Shown here piece after piece: positions 8,990 through 17,156 of a DNA stretch of 64,000 bases. Position 1 is the first letter of the stretch. Each line of letters opens with the position of its first letter. The DNA comes from Chlorobiaceae bacterium (GTDB lineage: Bacteria; Bacteroidota; Chlorobiia; Chlorobiales; Chlorobiaceae), in the NCBI GenBank assembly GCA_013334525.1, contig JAAXXK010000009.1, positions 6,624 through 70,623 of the forward strand, written 5' to 3'. Below the pieces are notes generated by a model. It ran no database searches. It was not told where the DNA came from and saw only the letters and a program-made list of their open reading frames with translations. The position numbers and the translations under genes are program-made.

Positions 8990-9442
8990 TCATTTTGAAA
9001 AAGTTTTGATATAGGCAACAAGACATTCAATCTCGTCACTTTCAAATGTCTTTCCCCAGGGAGGACACATGTTCGATTTCCCGACTGAAGCAGAGCCCCC
9101 GGTGATAGAGCGGGTCAAAGCTTCATCTGTCATCGTTTTCATGAAAGCCTTATCCGTAAAATTTGCAGGTGTAGGCTGCAATGAAGATCCATAGTACTGA
9201 CCTGTTCCGTCACCACTCTCTCCATGGCATACACCACAGTAGCGGGAAAAGAGTCGTTTGCCTTCCTTTATATCGAAAGGAAGATTGACATTTGCGTCAG
9301 CTATTGCTTTCAATGAATCTGCGCCTGCGCTTGTTGCGTCGGCTTTACCTTTTACCGGCTGCTTACCGCACCCCGCGAGCATAAGCGCGGGGATTACGGC
9401 GAGCAGGGCGTATTTGCTGAATGTTACTTTTGTTTTCATCAC
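8990..9442 (-). CDS. monohaem class I c-type cytochrome, lipoprotein
   Basis: Lipobox LMLAGCGK and a single CGVCHGESG haem motif. The start overlaps the stop of the octahaem gene by 4 nt. Confidence 0.8.
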   Translation of the reverse strand: MMKTKVTFSKYALLAVIPALMLAGCGKQPVKGKADATSAGADSLKAIADANVNLPFDIKEGKRLFSRYCGVCHGESGDGTGQYYGSSLQPTPANFTDKAFMKTMTDEALTRSITGGSASVGKSNMCPPWGKTFESDEIECLVAYIKTFSK

Positions 9443-12057
9443 TTGGCACTGATTTTCAGGGTCATCAAAAAGTTTGTCAACAGTACTCTCTCACGTTCAG
9501 TGAAGCCATAATTCGGTTCGACGATATCCGGCTTGTACTTTCTCGGATTCTCCAGATGCTTGAAGATAAATCCGGGCAAAAGGCGATTGCCGACATTGGA
9601 AAGGTTAGGACCTACAGCACCACCATCCGTACCGAGCTGGTGACAGCTCCTGCATCCCTTGTCATCATAAATCTTCTTGCCTTGAGCAATCTGTTCAGGC
9701 ATTGCTACGTCGGCAATTACAGGAATCTTCGTCGGGATATCGCTCGTAACCAGTTCCTGCTGGAAGTAGTTGACAACAACATCAACATCAGACCTGTTGG
9801 TATCTTCGACCTTCTGCGTGCCGAGGTTGAACTTAGGCATGGTGACCTTCGCAGGCGTCTTGCCCATGCTCAATCCAAGCTTCGGCATCTGCTGAAGCAA
9901 TGGACGAATCATGTCAGGATTTGCAAGGAAGTTACGAATCCAGCTCTCCTGCAGCTTGCTTCCTGCCAGCGAAAGATCAGGAGCGTAATCAGCACCGATG
10001 CCCTTGATTGTATGGCAGTTGGTGCACTTCACATCAGCAATAACCTTTGCGAAATCACCTGTGAATTTATAGCCCTGGACACCGGCCATTTTGTCGAGTT
10101 CCTGACGAGACGGCACCATGAACCTTACCGGCGCATTGCTGTCGGTAAAGCCGTAAAGCACTGCAGACAGTTCATTGACTTCCGTTTCAGAGAGTCGGAA
10201 ATTAGGCATACGCAGGCCAAGACGAAATCCTCTTGGATCGCGAAGCTTCTGTTTTATGTAGCTCAGGCGATCGTTTGGCATCGATTTCTTCAGTTTACCA
10301 AAATCGAGCAGTTCGACGGGCTTGCTGCCGATAGACGAAAGCTCGGTACCGATCTTCTCACGCATTTCATCGCTTCTCAGGAAGGTAACCCCCTGGGCTT
10401 TCAGCGATGGAGCAACCTGTACCATCTCCATTCCGCGCATTTTATGGCATCCATAGCAACCATACTGCTGGACAAGATCCTTGCCCTTTTTGATTGATGC
10501 TGCCTGTATCTGCACCGGGGCGACATACTTGTTTTCAGATTCATCGTCTACATATTCGCTGGAGATATAGTCGACAAGGGCATTGATCTCCTGATCGGTA
10601 AATCTGAAACGAGGCATTTTCGTACCCGGGAAATACTTGTTCGGGTCCTTGATCCAGTTGAACAGCCAGGTCTTGTTGACTTTGCTGCCAACTTTGCTCA
10701 GGTCAGGCGCATATACCTTGGAATGGTCACCTCCTCGGCCTCCTGTTGCATGGCAAAGGTTGCATCGTGCCTGACTCCAGAGGGCTTTGCCCTGTTCGAC
10801 AAGTTTAGGATCGTTTTTGATATTGGCAGAATCAACGTCACGCCTGTCTGATCCTGACATGCTGAAAAGATAGTCGGCGATAGCTTCGGCCTGGTCCTGC
10901 GTAAAGAAGAACTTGGGCATACGTGCTGTCGAGAAGTATTTCTTAGGATCGAGCAACCAGTTCACAGCCCAGGTATAATTGACCTTTGTTCCTACCTGTG
11001 TCAGTTCAGGGCCTACATCACCAATGCCTTCATAACCGGGAATCTTGTGACAGCTGTAGCAGCCGTATTTTTTTACAAGCTCGGTATTTTTGGAAATTGT
11101 TTCAGCACCGCGAAGATTCTTGATGTCACCATGGCAGTTCAGGCATGAGGTCTGTGTCATGTCACCTTTGAGCATGGCTTCATCCCAGTACTTTACTTTA
11201 CCATGAGCTTTCTCGACGGTCGTTGTAGCACGGCCCTGACCACGATGGCAGTATGTACAACCGAACTTTCCAGGGTCGTGATGTCCGAGGTAGACTGAGG
11301 TCAGCGGATGCTTCGAATAAGGCTGCTTGGCCGAGGGCTGTTTTGACGACTCGATACCTATATGGCATGAGACGCAACGGTCAGCCTTGTCAACGTCCTT
11401 GATAAGGAACTGCTTGATCTCGATAGGAGCCTTCTCGTTATTGGCAATTTTCTCCTTTTTTTCTTCGAGGATTTTGTTAAGCTGTTCGATTTCTGCCTTG
11501 ATTGCAGGAATATTGCCCGCAATCTGGGCAATAGATTCCCTGATCGGCTCCTGTTTGACCTGAATATCCTTGCTCTTTTTGTCAATGGCATCAATCTGGA
11601 GCTGAAGTGCATCCATCTCCTTCTTGTACTCGGGCTTCTGGGTCCTGGTGAAGTAATACTCTGTTTCGAGATACTTGCCACGGACAGTCTGAAGCTGCTT
11701 CTGGCTTTCAGCGGCCTGCTTCTGAAGCTCTTCAAGCTGACGGTTCAACTGCTCGTACTTCTCACCAGCTCCCTTGCCTTTAAGTCCAGCTTCTGCTTTC
11801 TCAAGCTGAGCATTAAGGTCGGCGAGGCGTTTTGCGCCACCGCTTCTTTGAAATTCAAACTGCGCCTGCTTGTATTCCTTTACAAGCTGGTCGTGTTTCA
11901 GCGATTTGTACTCTTTCTGGTAGTGTTTCCATGGTCTCAGACCGAATTCGTCGTCCCAGATAACCCAGGCAGATAAAATCAACAAGACAACACTGAAAAA
12001 AGCAAAGAAATACGCTCTGTACGCTGAGCTGTTTTTATTCTCATTCGCCATAGTCAA
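9439..12057 (-). CDS. membrane-anchored octahaem c-type cytochrome with long coiled-coil stalk
   Basis: Eight CxxCH motifs: CVSCH, CTYCH, CLNCH, CYSCH, CNLCH, CYGCH, CTNCH, CRSCH. One N-terminal TM helix, then about 170 aa of heptad-like K/E/Q-rich sequence. The last five haems sit in tandem class-I-like repeats (C..CH...L..VG.K......W.....P). Confidence 0.85.
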   Translation of the reverse strand: MTMANENKNSSAYRAYFFAFFSVVLLILSAWVIWDDEFGLRPWKHYQKEYKSLKHDQLVKEYKQAQFEFQRSGGAKRLADLNAQLEKAEAGLKGKGAGEKYEQLNRQLEELQKQAAESQKQLQTVRGKYLETEYYFTRTQKPEYKKEMDALQLQIDAIDKKSKDIQVKQEPIRESIAQIAGNIPAIKAEIEQLNKILEEKKEKIANNEKAPIEIKQFLIKDVDKADRCVSCHIGIESSKQPSAKQPYSKHPLTSVYLGHHDPGKFGCTYCHRGQGRATTTVEKAHGKVKYWDEAMLKGDMTQTSCLNCHGDIKNLRGAETISKNTELVKKYGCYSCHKIPGYEGIGDVGPELTQVGTKVNYTWAVNWLLDPKKYFSTARMPKFFFTQDQAEAIADYLFSMSGSDRRDVDSANIKNDPKLVEQGKALWSQARCNLCHATGGRGGDHSKVYAPDLSKVGSKVNKTWLFNWIKDPNKYFPGTKMPRFRFTDQEINALVDYISSEYVDDESENKYVAPVQIQAASIKKGKDLVQQYGCYGCHKMRGMEMVQVAPSLKAQGVTFLRSDEMREKIGTELSSIGSKPVELLDFGKLKKSMPNDRLSYIKQKLRDPRGFRLGLRMPNFRLSETEVNELSAVLYGFTDSNAPVRFMVPSRQELDKMAGVQGYKFTGDFAKVIADVKCTNCHTIKGIGADYAPDLSLAGSKLQESWIRNFLANPDMIRPLLQQMPKLGLSMGKTPAKVTMPKFNLGTQKVEDTNRSDVDVVVNYFQQELVTSDIPTKIPVIADVAMPEQIAQGKKIYDDKGCRSCHQLGTDGGAVGPNLSNVGNRLLPGFIFKHLENPRKYKPDIVEPNYGFTERERVLLTNFLMTLKISAK

Positions 12058-12103
12058 CTGAATTTTTGATGGGCAATTACAGTACCTGAAATGAATCCGA
12101 GCA

Positions 12104-12988
12104 TCACACGTTGAACCAGGGAGTTATCCAGACATATTTGATAAGGAAAACCAACCTGAGTATCATCTTTATCGGTATAGACATCATGGTGATGAAGAGA
12201 AAGACAATAGTGACATAACGAATCATGCCCAACTGCTGAAGTAATTCAGGATTCTTCTTCTGCCAGTATTTGTATGGCCAGACCATTCCGCCGACCATAT
12301 AAACCCCCACAACTATCGCTCCAATGATGAAACCTGCAAGAGAGCGAGATTCAACACCTACAAGATTTGAAAGATCTCTCGTAGGCTCAAAAACCACCCG
12401 ATGGGCATCCCACTCCTGCCATGGCCAGTACCACAACCATCCCGGTCCCCTGTCGAAAACGCCGATGACAATCAACAAGAGCCAAAGGATGAAAAAGCCG
12501 AACGAGAAGATAATGATCGAATATTTCCTCTCGGAAAAGGTGTAGTAACCGTTTCCTTTCGGATTTGTGTCGATATAGGGAATCGCGATCAGACCAACAA
12601 CGATCAGTGACGGCAGCACAACGCCTGCAAGCCACGGATCAAAGTACACCAGCAATTCCTGAAGGCCAAGGAAATACCATGGCGCTTTTGCCGGGTTAGG
12701 CGTCAACGTCGGATTTGCAATCTCCTCAAGCGGAGCATCGACAACGATGGACCAGATGGTCAGGAAAAGCATGACAGCAAGAGAAATGAGAAGCTCTATA
12801 CGAACAAGAGGCTTGTAAGTATCTACATCCTGGTCATTTTCACCATCGACGGCGTAACCGGATGCTTTGAGCTTGTCGTTCTGAAAAGCCTGCTGAAAAG
12901 CCCATACCATGAAAAAGCTCACCATCAAGATCATGATCACGATGGCGATATTATCCGGCTGGGTAATGATTTCGATAAATGGGTTCAT
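12104..12988 (-). CDS. cytochrome b C-terminal / subunit-IV-like protein, extended (about 6 TM)
   Basis: Qo-loop-like motif KAPWYFLGLQELLVYF, cf. PEWYF of subunit IV / cytochrome b. The Met at 12988 (MNPFIEII) follows the cyt b stop by 14 nt. The track ORF extends spuriously to 13099. Confidence 0.75.
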   Translation of the reverse strand: MNPFIEIITQPDNIAIVIMILMVSFFMVWAFQQAFQNDKLKASGYAVDGENDQDVDTYKPLVRIELLISLAVMLFLTIWSIVVDAPLEEIANPTLTPNPAKAPWYFLGLQELLVYFDPWLAGVVLPSLIVVGLIAIPYIDTNPKGNGYYTFSERKYSIIIFSFGFFILWLLLIVIGVFDRGPGWLWYWPWQEWDAHRVVFEPTRDLSNLVGVESRSLAGFIIGAIVVGVYMVGGMVWPYKYWQKKNPELLQQLGMIRYVTIVFLFITMMSIPIKMILRLVFLIKYVWITPWFNV

Positions 12989-13002
12989 AAGTTCTTGCCC
13001 TG

Positions 13003-13770
13003 TCAGTGATTTTGAGGTCTTGAAATTCCACCGTCTTTTCTGACTCGCCAGAAATGGACAACCATTAAAACGGTTGCGATGAGCGGTATGGCGATGCAAT
13101 GCCAGATATATGATCTAAGCAGAGCGTTACCACCCACCGTTGCACCACCCAGCAGTGCGAAGCGAATATCATTGTAAGGCGTGATATGCAGATATTCACT
13201 GAACGGCCCCTGATAACCTAGAAGCGGAGTCGCAGCACCCATGTTGGTACCCACGGTGATAGCCCAGAATCCGAGCTGATCCCACGGCAGCAGGTAACCG
13301 GTAAAACTCAGCAGGAACGTCAGTACCAGCAAAATAACACCAATCCCCCAGTTAAACTGACGTGGAGCCTTGTAGGAGCCGGTCATGAAAACCCTGAACA
13401 TGTGGATCATCACGACGATAACCATAAAGTGGGCCCCCCACCGGTGCAGGTTCCTGGTTATGACGCCATAAGGAACCTGGAACTCCAGATCCTTCATGTC
13501 CGAGTATGCCTGGTCTACCGATGGGTGATAATAGAACATCAGCACCACGCCGGTAATGGTCAGGATTATGAACGCCAAAAACGTTATTCCGCCCATACCC
13601 CAGGTATATCTGAGCTTTACGGCGCTTTCGCGAACCTTCACGGGATGGAGGTGAAGAAAAACGTTGCCGAAAACGGCAAGGGCCCGATCCCTGACGTTAT
13701 CCCTGTAATCTCTTCTGAATACGGATTTCCATATCAGATTTTTTTTCACCTTGTTAAATAGATCGCTCAT
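13003..13770 (-). CDS. cytochrome b6-like (N-terminal four-helix) cytochrome b
   Basis: Bis-His haem ligand spacing in helix B ([17 protein letters not shown]-x13-H) and helix D ([18 protein letters not shown]-x14-H). LPWDQLGFW block present. Confidence 0.85.
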   Translation of the reverse strand: MSDLFNKVKKNLIWKSVFRRDYRDNVRDRALAVFGNVFLHLHPVKVRESAVKLRYTWGMGGITFLAFIILTITGVVLMFYYHPSVDQAYSDMKDLEFQVPYGVITRNLHRWGAHFMVIVVMIHMFRVFMTGSYKAPRQFNWGIGVILLVLTFLLSFTGYLLPWDQLGFWAITVGTNMGAATPLLGYQGPFSEYLHITPYNDIRFALLGGATVGGNALLRSYIWHCIAIPLIATVLMVVHFWRVRKDGGISRPQNH

Positions 13771-13800
13771 ACGGTGTACAATTTTGTTTTCTGAACAAAT

Positions 13801-14133
13801 TTATCTGTAGCCACGCAGCCGTTGCAATTGCTTTGCATATTCGGCGGGATCTTTTTTCGTGCCGTCAGCATTGACCATAATGATTGCGAACCAAGGGCAA
13901 TCAATGGCGCAGATATTACACCCGGTGCAGCGTTCATTGACGGTCGCGACCCCTTTGAAGTTCAGCTCAGAAGGCACGATCGTCACACAATTGACCGGAC
14001 AGACGTTGGCACAGATAGCGCAGCCAGTACAGAGGTCGATGTTGACCAATGCCAGCGCTCTTTTCCTCGCACCGGGCTGATTCTGCGATGCAGAAACGTC
14101 CTGGTCCTGAATGATCTCTTCGTTGGTATCCAT
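13801..14133 (-). CDS. 2[4Fe-4S] dicluster ferredoxin, no signal peptide
   Basis: Two CxxCxxCxxxCP motifs: CTGCAICANVCP and CTGCNICAIDCP. Located between the Rieske and cytochrome b genes. Confidence 0.85.
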   Translation of the reverse strand: MDTNEEIIQDQDVSASQNQPGARKRALALVNIDLCTGCAICANVCPVNCVTIVPSELNFKGVATVNERCTGCNICAIDCPWFAIIMVNADGTKKDPAEYAKQLQRLRGYR

Positions 14134-14166
14134 GTTACTCCACTGTTTCTTTTATCCTTGCCGACG

Positions 14167-14706
14167 TCATGCTTTCAGTAGGCTTTGCGGATAGACCTCA
14201 TTCGACTCCCTGCCAGGAATGCCGGGGAACTTGATGGTCTTGTCCACCAGAAGCTGTCCATCTTCAGCGATACTGATCTTGAAACGGTCCATCGGTCTTG
14301 GAGCCGGACCTTCGAAGTTCAGGCCTGTGATGTAGTAGCCACTGCCGTGACACGGGCATTTGAATTTTTTCTGCGATTCCAACCAGCTCGGTGTGCAACC
14401 AAGATGGGTACATTTGGATTCCATAGCAAAAAAGCGTCCGTCCTGGAGACGAATGATCCAGGTGCCGAACTCCCTCTGGTACTGCGAATTAACAACGCCT
14501 GGCGGGTAGTCGTTTGGAAACCCAACCTTGAACTGCGACGGCGGTTCGAATAGCACCCTCGGGAAAAAGAACCTTAAAAACGCGTAAGAGTTTATTGCGA
14601 GAAAGCCGGCAAGACTTCCCCATCCGACGCGCGTAAGAAATTGCCGCCTGTCTCCGGATACCTCTGGGCCTTTTCCGGATACGGGATTCTCATACTGATC
14701 CTGCAT
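14167..14706 (-). CDS. Rieske [2Fe-2S] protein with twin-arginine leader
   Basis: Box I CTHLGC, box II CPCHGS, and DRRQFLTRVG Tat-type motif plus an anchor helix. Confidence 0.9.
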   Translation of the reverse strand: MQDQYENPVSGKGPEVSGDRRQFLTRVGWGSLAGFLAINSYAFLRFFFPRVLFEPPSQFKVGFPNDYPPGVVNSQYQREFGTWIIRLQDGRFFAMESKCTHLGCTPSWLESQKKFKCPCHGSGYYITGLNFEGPAPRPMDRFKISIAEDGQLLVDKTIKFPGIPGRESNEVYPQSLLKA

Positions 14707-14831
14707 GGCAGATAGATTTTTCTTTCACTGAGACCATTTCTGAACTTGATACTGTTCCTTCGAAACACATACTTCGCGTGAAGATCGGAATGATTGGAGA
14801 ACCTGAAAGAATACTTAAACCCGCAGGCTCT

Positions 14832-14867
14832 CCAACAACACAACCTACACACACCACACACACAAAA
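14832..14867. repeat. CA/TG-rich low-complexity tract
   Basis: ccaacaacacaacctacacacaccacacacacaaaaa in the cyc2-Rieske spacer. Confidence 0.6.
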
Positions 14868-14888
14868 ATACATAATGTCACAACATGT

Positions 14889-14904
14889 GGATGCAATTGC
14901 ATCC
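14889..14904. promoter_or_regulatory. perfect 16-bp palindrome GGATGCAATTGCATCC upstream of the Rieske operon
   Basis: Read directly. Lies about 185 nt upstream of the Rieske start in a 289-nt spacer. May be an operator or an RNA hairpin. Confidence 0.4.
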
Positions 14905-14995
14905 GTAATACCACTCCATTCGATTACTACAATACCGCCTCCCTGCTCGAGAGGCGGCATGTATGACAATGGCTTTCGTTAAGCTACTGTCAGGC

Positions 14996-16264
14996 TCAGA
15001 ATGCGAAAGAGCCCTGGAGCGCGAACGTATTCGGAACGGTATCGCCAAGGGCGTTAGAACCAGAGGTACCAGGCCAGCGATGCCTGATCAGATTGGTGTA
15101 GGTCGCTGACACGTAGGCATTCGCCCTGAGATGGGCCGTCATTCCAAACGCAAGGCTGGGGCTGTTTGCGATAGCTGTACCATTCAAGCCTTTTGCGCCA
15201 CTCCTGAGGTTCGAGTAGGTAACGGTTGTCTGCAGCCATGGATAGACGAAGTAGATGGCGTTGACGCGGTAGTTATCGTATCCGAGATCGCCGTCCCTGC
15301 TGTACGCAGCACCAAGCGAGAGGTTGCTGTAGTTGCCTGTTACGTCGAAACCATAGATCTGGGTTTCACCCGCGTAGTTGCCAGTCATGATGCCTTTGTT
15401 CGCCGTCATGTATGTGGCGCCGAGTGCGATGTGGTTGTCGAGACCGACATACTCGTTGCCGTAGGTGCCGCCTGCACCGCTCAGCAGGCCTGCGCCGCCG
15501 ATCTTGTACTTGGCGTGGGCATAGACGATGTCAGTGAAGAGGTTTGTGTTGGCGGTGCCACCTTCAGCGATACCGACGTTAAGCTTGAAACCACCGCTCT
15601 TGCCGGTGATATATGAGAACTCAGCTCCGGTGCCCGGTGCCTGGAAGGTGCTGTTGTAGACCTGGATCTGGTTACCGAAGGTGAAGTCGGAGAAGCCGTT
15701 ACCCAGGGCAAGGTTTACGCCAGGGGCGAAAGACCAGATAACGTGACCAGTCGGAGCAGTGGTTGTGGAAAGGTTGTACTGGCCGAAAGCAGAAAGGTTG
15801 TCGCCGATCGTACCGCCGAAGAACATTGTCGAGGTGCTCAGGATGCCGGTACCGTTGTTGAAGGTCGATTTCGTCTTGACGGTATTGTTAACAGTTTTAA
15901 CCTCATCCGAATAGTTTACAAGCTGTCCCCTGAACCAGAATCCGAGGGGGACGTTTCCGGGGATGTCTGCCGGATAGGGAGATTCGGGAAATGTTTTTTT
16001 CCAGCCGTCAGAGCCCAGCTTCAACTGCTCCTGCTTCGACTTTTCTTCGTCTTCTCCACCTGGCCAGCGGTAGCCGTTGTTACGGAAAGCTTCACCGAAT
16101 GCGTTCCTGGTTGGGAATCCAGAGTGACAGGTATAACATGAGGTTCCATATTTACGGGCAAAAGCTGGCATAGCCGATGCATCCTGGCTCGGCAACAGCA
16201 TTGGCGCAGTACAAAGCGTCACAACGGAAGCAATAGTTAACTTTCTTCTCATAAAACTCTCCAT
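14996..16264 (-). CDS. cyc2: Cyc2-like fused monohaem cytochrome c - outer-membrane porin
   Basis: Signal peptide (...SQDASA). A single CYTCH lies within AFARKYGTSCYTCH, about 12 aa after the predicted cleavage site. About 370 aa of amphipathic beta-strand segments follow, ending ALQGSFAF. The true start may be the Met at 16252, which has GGAGAG upstream. Confidence 0.7.
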   Translation of the reverse strand: MESFMRRKLTIASVVTLCTAPMLLPSQDASAMPAFARKYGTSCYTCHSGFPTRNAFGEAFRNNGYRWPGGEDEEKSKQEQLKLGSDGWKKTFPESPYPADIPGNVPLGFWFRGQLVNYSDEVKTVNNTVKTKSTFNNGTGILSTSTMFFGGTIGDNLSAFGQYNLSTTTAPTGHVIWSFAPGVNLALGNGFSDFTFGNQIQVYNSTFQAPGTGAEFSYITGKSGGFKLNVGIAEGGTANTNLFTDIVYAHAKYKIGGAGLLSGAGGTYGNEYVGLDNHIALGATYMTANKGIMTGNYAGETQIYGFDVTGNYSNLSLGAAYSRDGDLGYDNYRVNAIYFVYPWLQTTVTYSNLRSGAKGLNGTAIANSPSLAFGMTAHLRANAYVSATYTNLIRHRWPGTSGSNALGDTVPNTFALQGSFAF

Positions 16265-16280
16265 TTGGTTGGTTGGTTGG
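16265..16280. repeat. (TTGG)4 tetranucleotide repeat abutting the cyc2-like start region
   Basis: ttggttggttggttgg read directly. On the coding strand it is (CCAA)4, immediately 5' of the first in-frame ATG. Confidence 0.6.
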
Positions 16281-16527
16281 TATTCGGGACAAATAATGTT
16301 TAATCAAACAAGGCAAGAGAACACATAAACGAACATATGTTTATGATATCGAAGGACACTGACGAACATCATCACTCAACGGCATGATGCTGATGAGCCC
16401 GCTGAATCAGACGAGGGCATAACTCCTTATAGCCAAATGCCTCCTGCGATATCGACCATTAACAGGTAAAACATCAAGTTGCCGGAGTGCAAAAATACTC
16501 TTACTCTATTGCGAAGCATCTGTTCTG

Positions 16528-16539
16528 TAACAATTGTTA
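16528..16539. promoter_or_regulatory. 12-bp perfect palindrome TAACAATTGTTA (copy 1)
   Basis: Lies about 270 nt upstream of the cyc2-like start. An identical 12-mer recurs at 20553-20564. Confidence 0.4.
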
Positions 16540-17156
16540 ACAGCGCTCAACAGAAAACAGGCTTATCAATAACGCTGGCCTGATAAAACTAAAATCGGGA
16601 TTAATATAACCATATGAGCGCATTGTCATACAGTAGAGCAACCTAAAAAAAACATTTTCAATTCGACATAAAAGTCCCTCACCAGGCAGTTTAGACATTT
16701 AAGACAGCTGCCCGAAAAAGCCCCGGTTCACTTGGGTATGGGATCACCACTTAACCGCGAAGACCAAAAACCCCTCTCAGTGAACTCCGAGAGACAAAAA
16801 ACCGATGAAACGTGAAAAAGGCCAAAACAGTCGCTAGTGTAGATGCTACATCGTAGATCATAAGTCGAAAACCTCAGGGAAACCTGAGCTGGTTTCGGAC
16901 TTCGTTATCATGTTGATTTGTTGCAGTCAGTGGGTTGAAGCTGTGGCTAATAATATTCCCTGCTTCTCTGCTGCTACTTGGCCCATCTCAGTAATTTTAA
17001 CAAAATGTTTTCAAATATCCAAATCAAGGAACTCATATTTATTCTTATTCAAAAGAAGAACTGAAACTTTTTATCAAAATAAGCTCATCTGACGTAATTA
17101 AATGATGTAGATCGAATAATATACTCGCCATATACGCTACTTTGTGGCGTGAATCC

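Noticed and set aside
9421-10497. 358-aa plus-strand ORF
   Set aside because: It lies entirely antisense to the octahaem cytochrome gene, whose frame carries eight CxxCH motifs. Its sequence is Leu/Arg-rich with no motif, so it is a mirror-frame artefact.
14592-14982. Several 60-125-aa ORFs in the cyc2-Rieske spacer
   Set aside because: They are driven by the CA/TG low-complexity tract (HTHTK / CVCVVC strings) and overlap the Rieske start. They are not credible as proteins.
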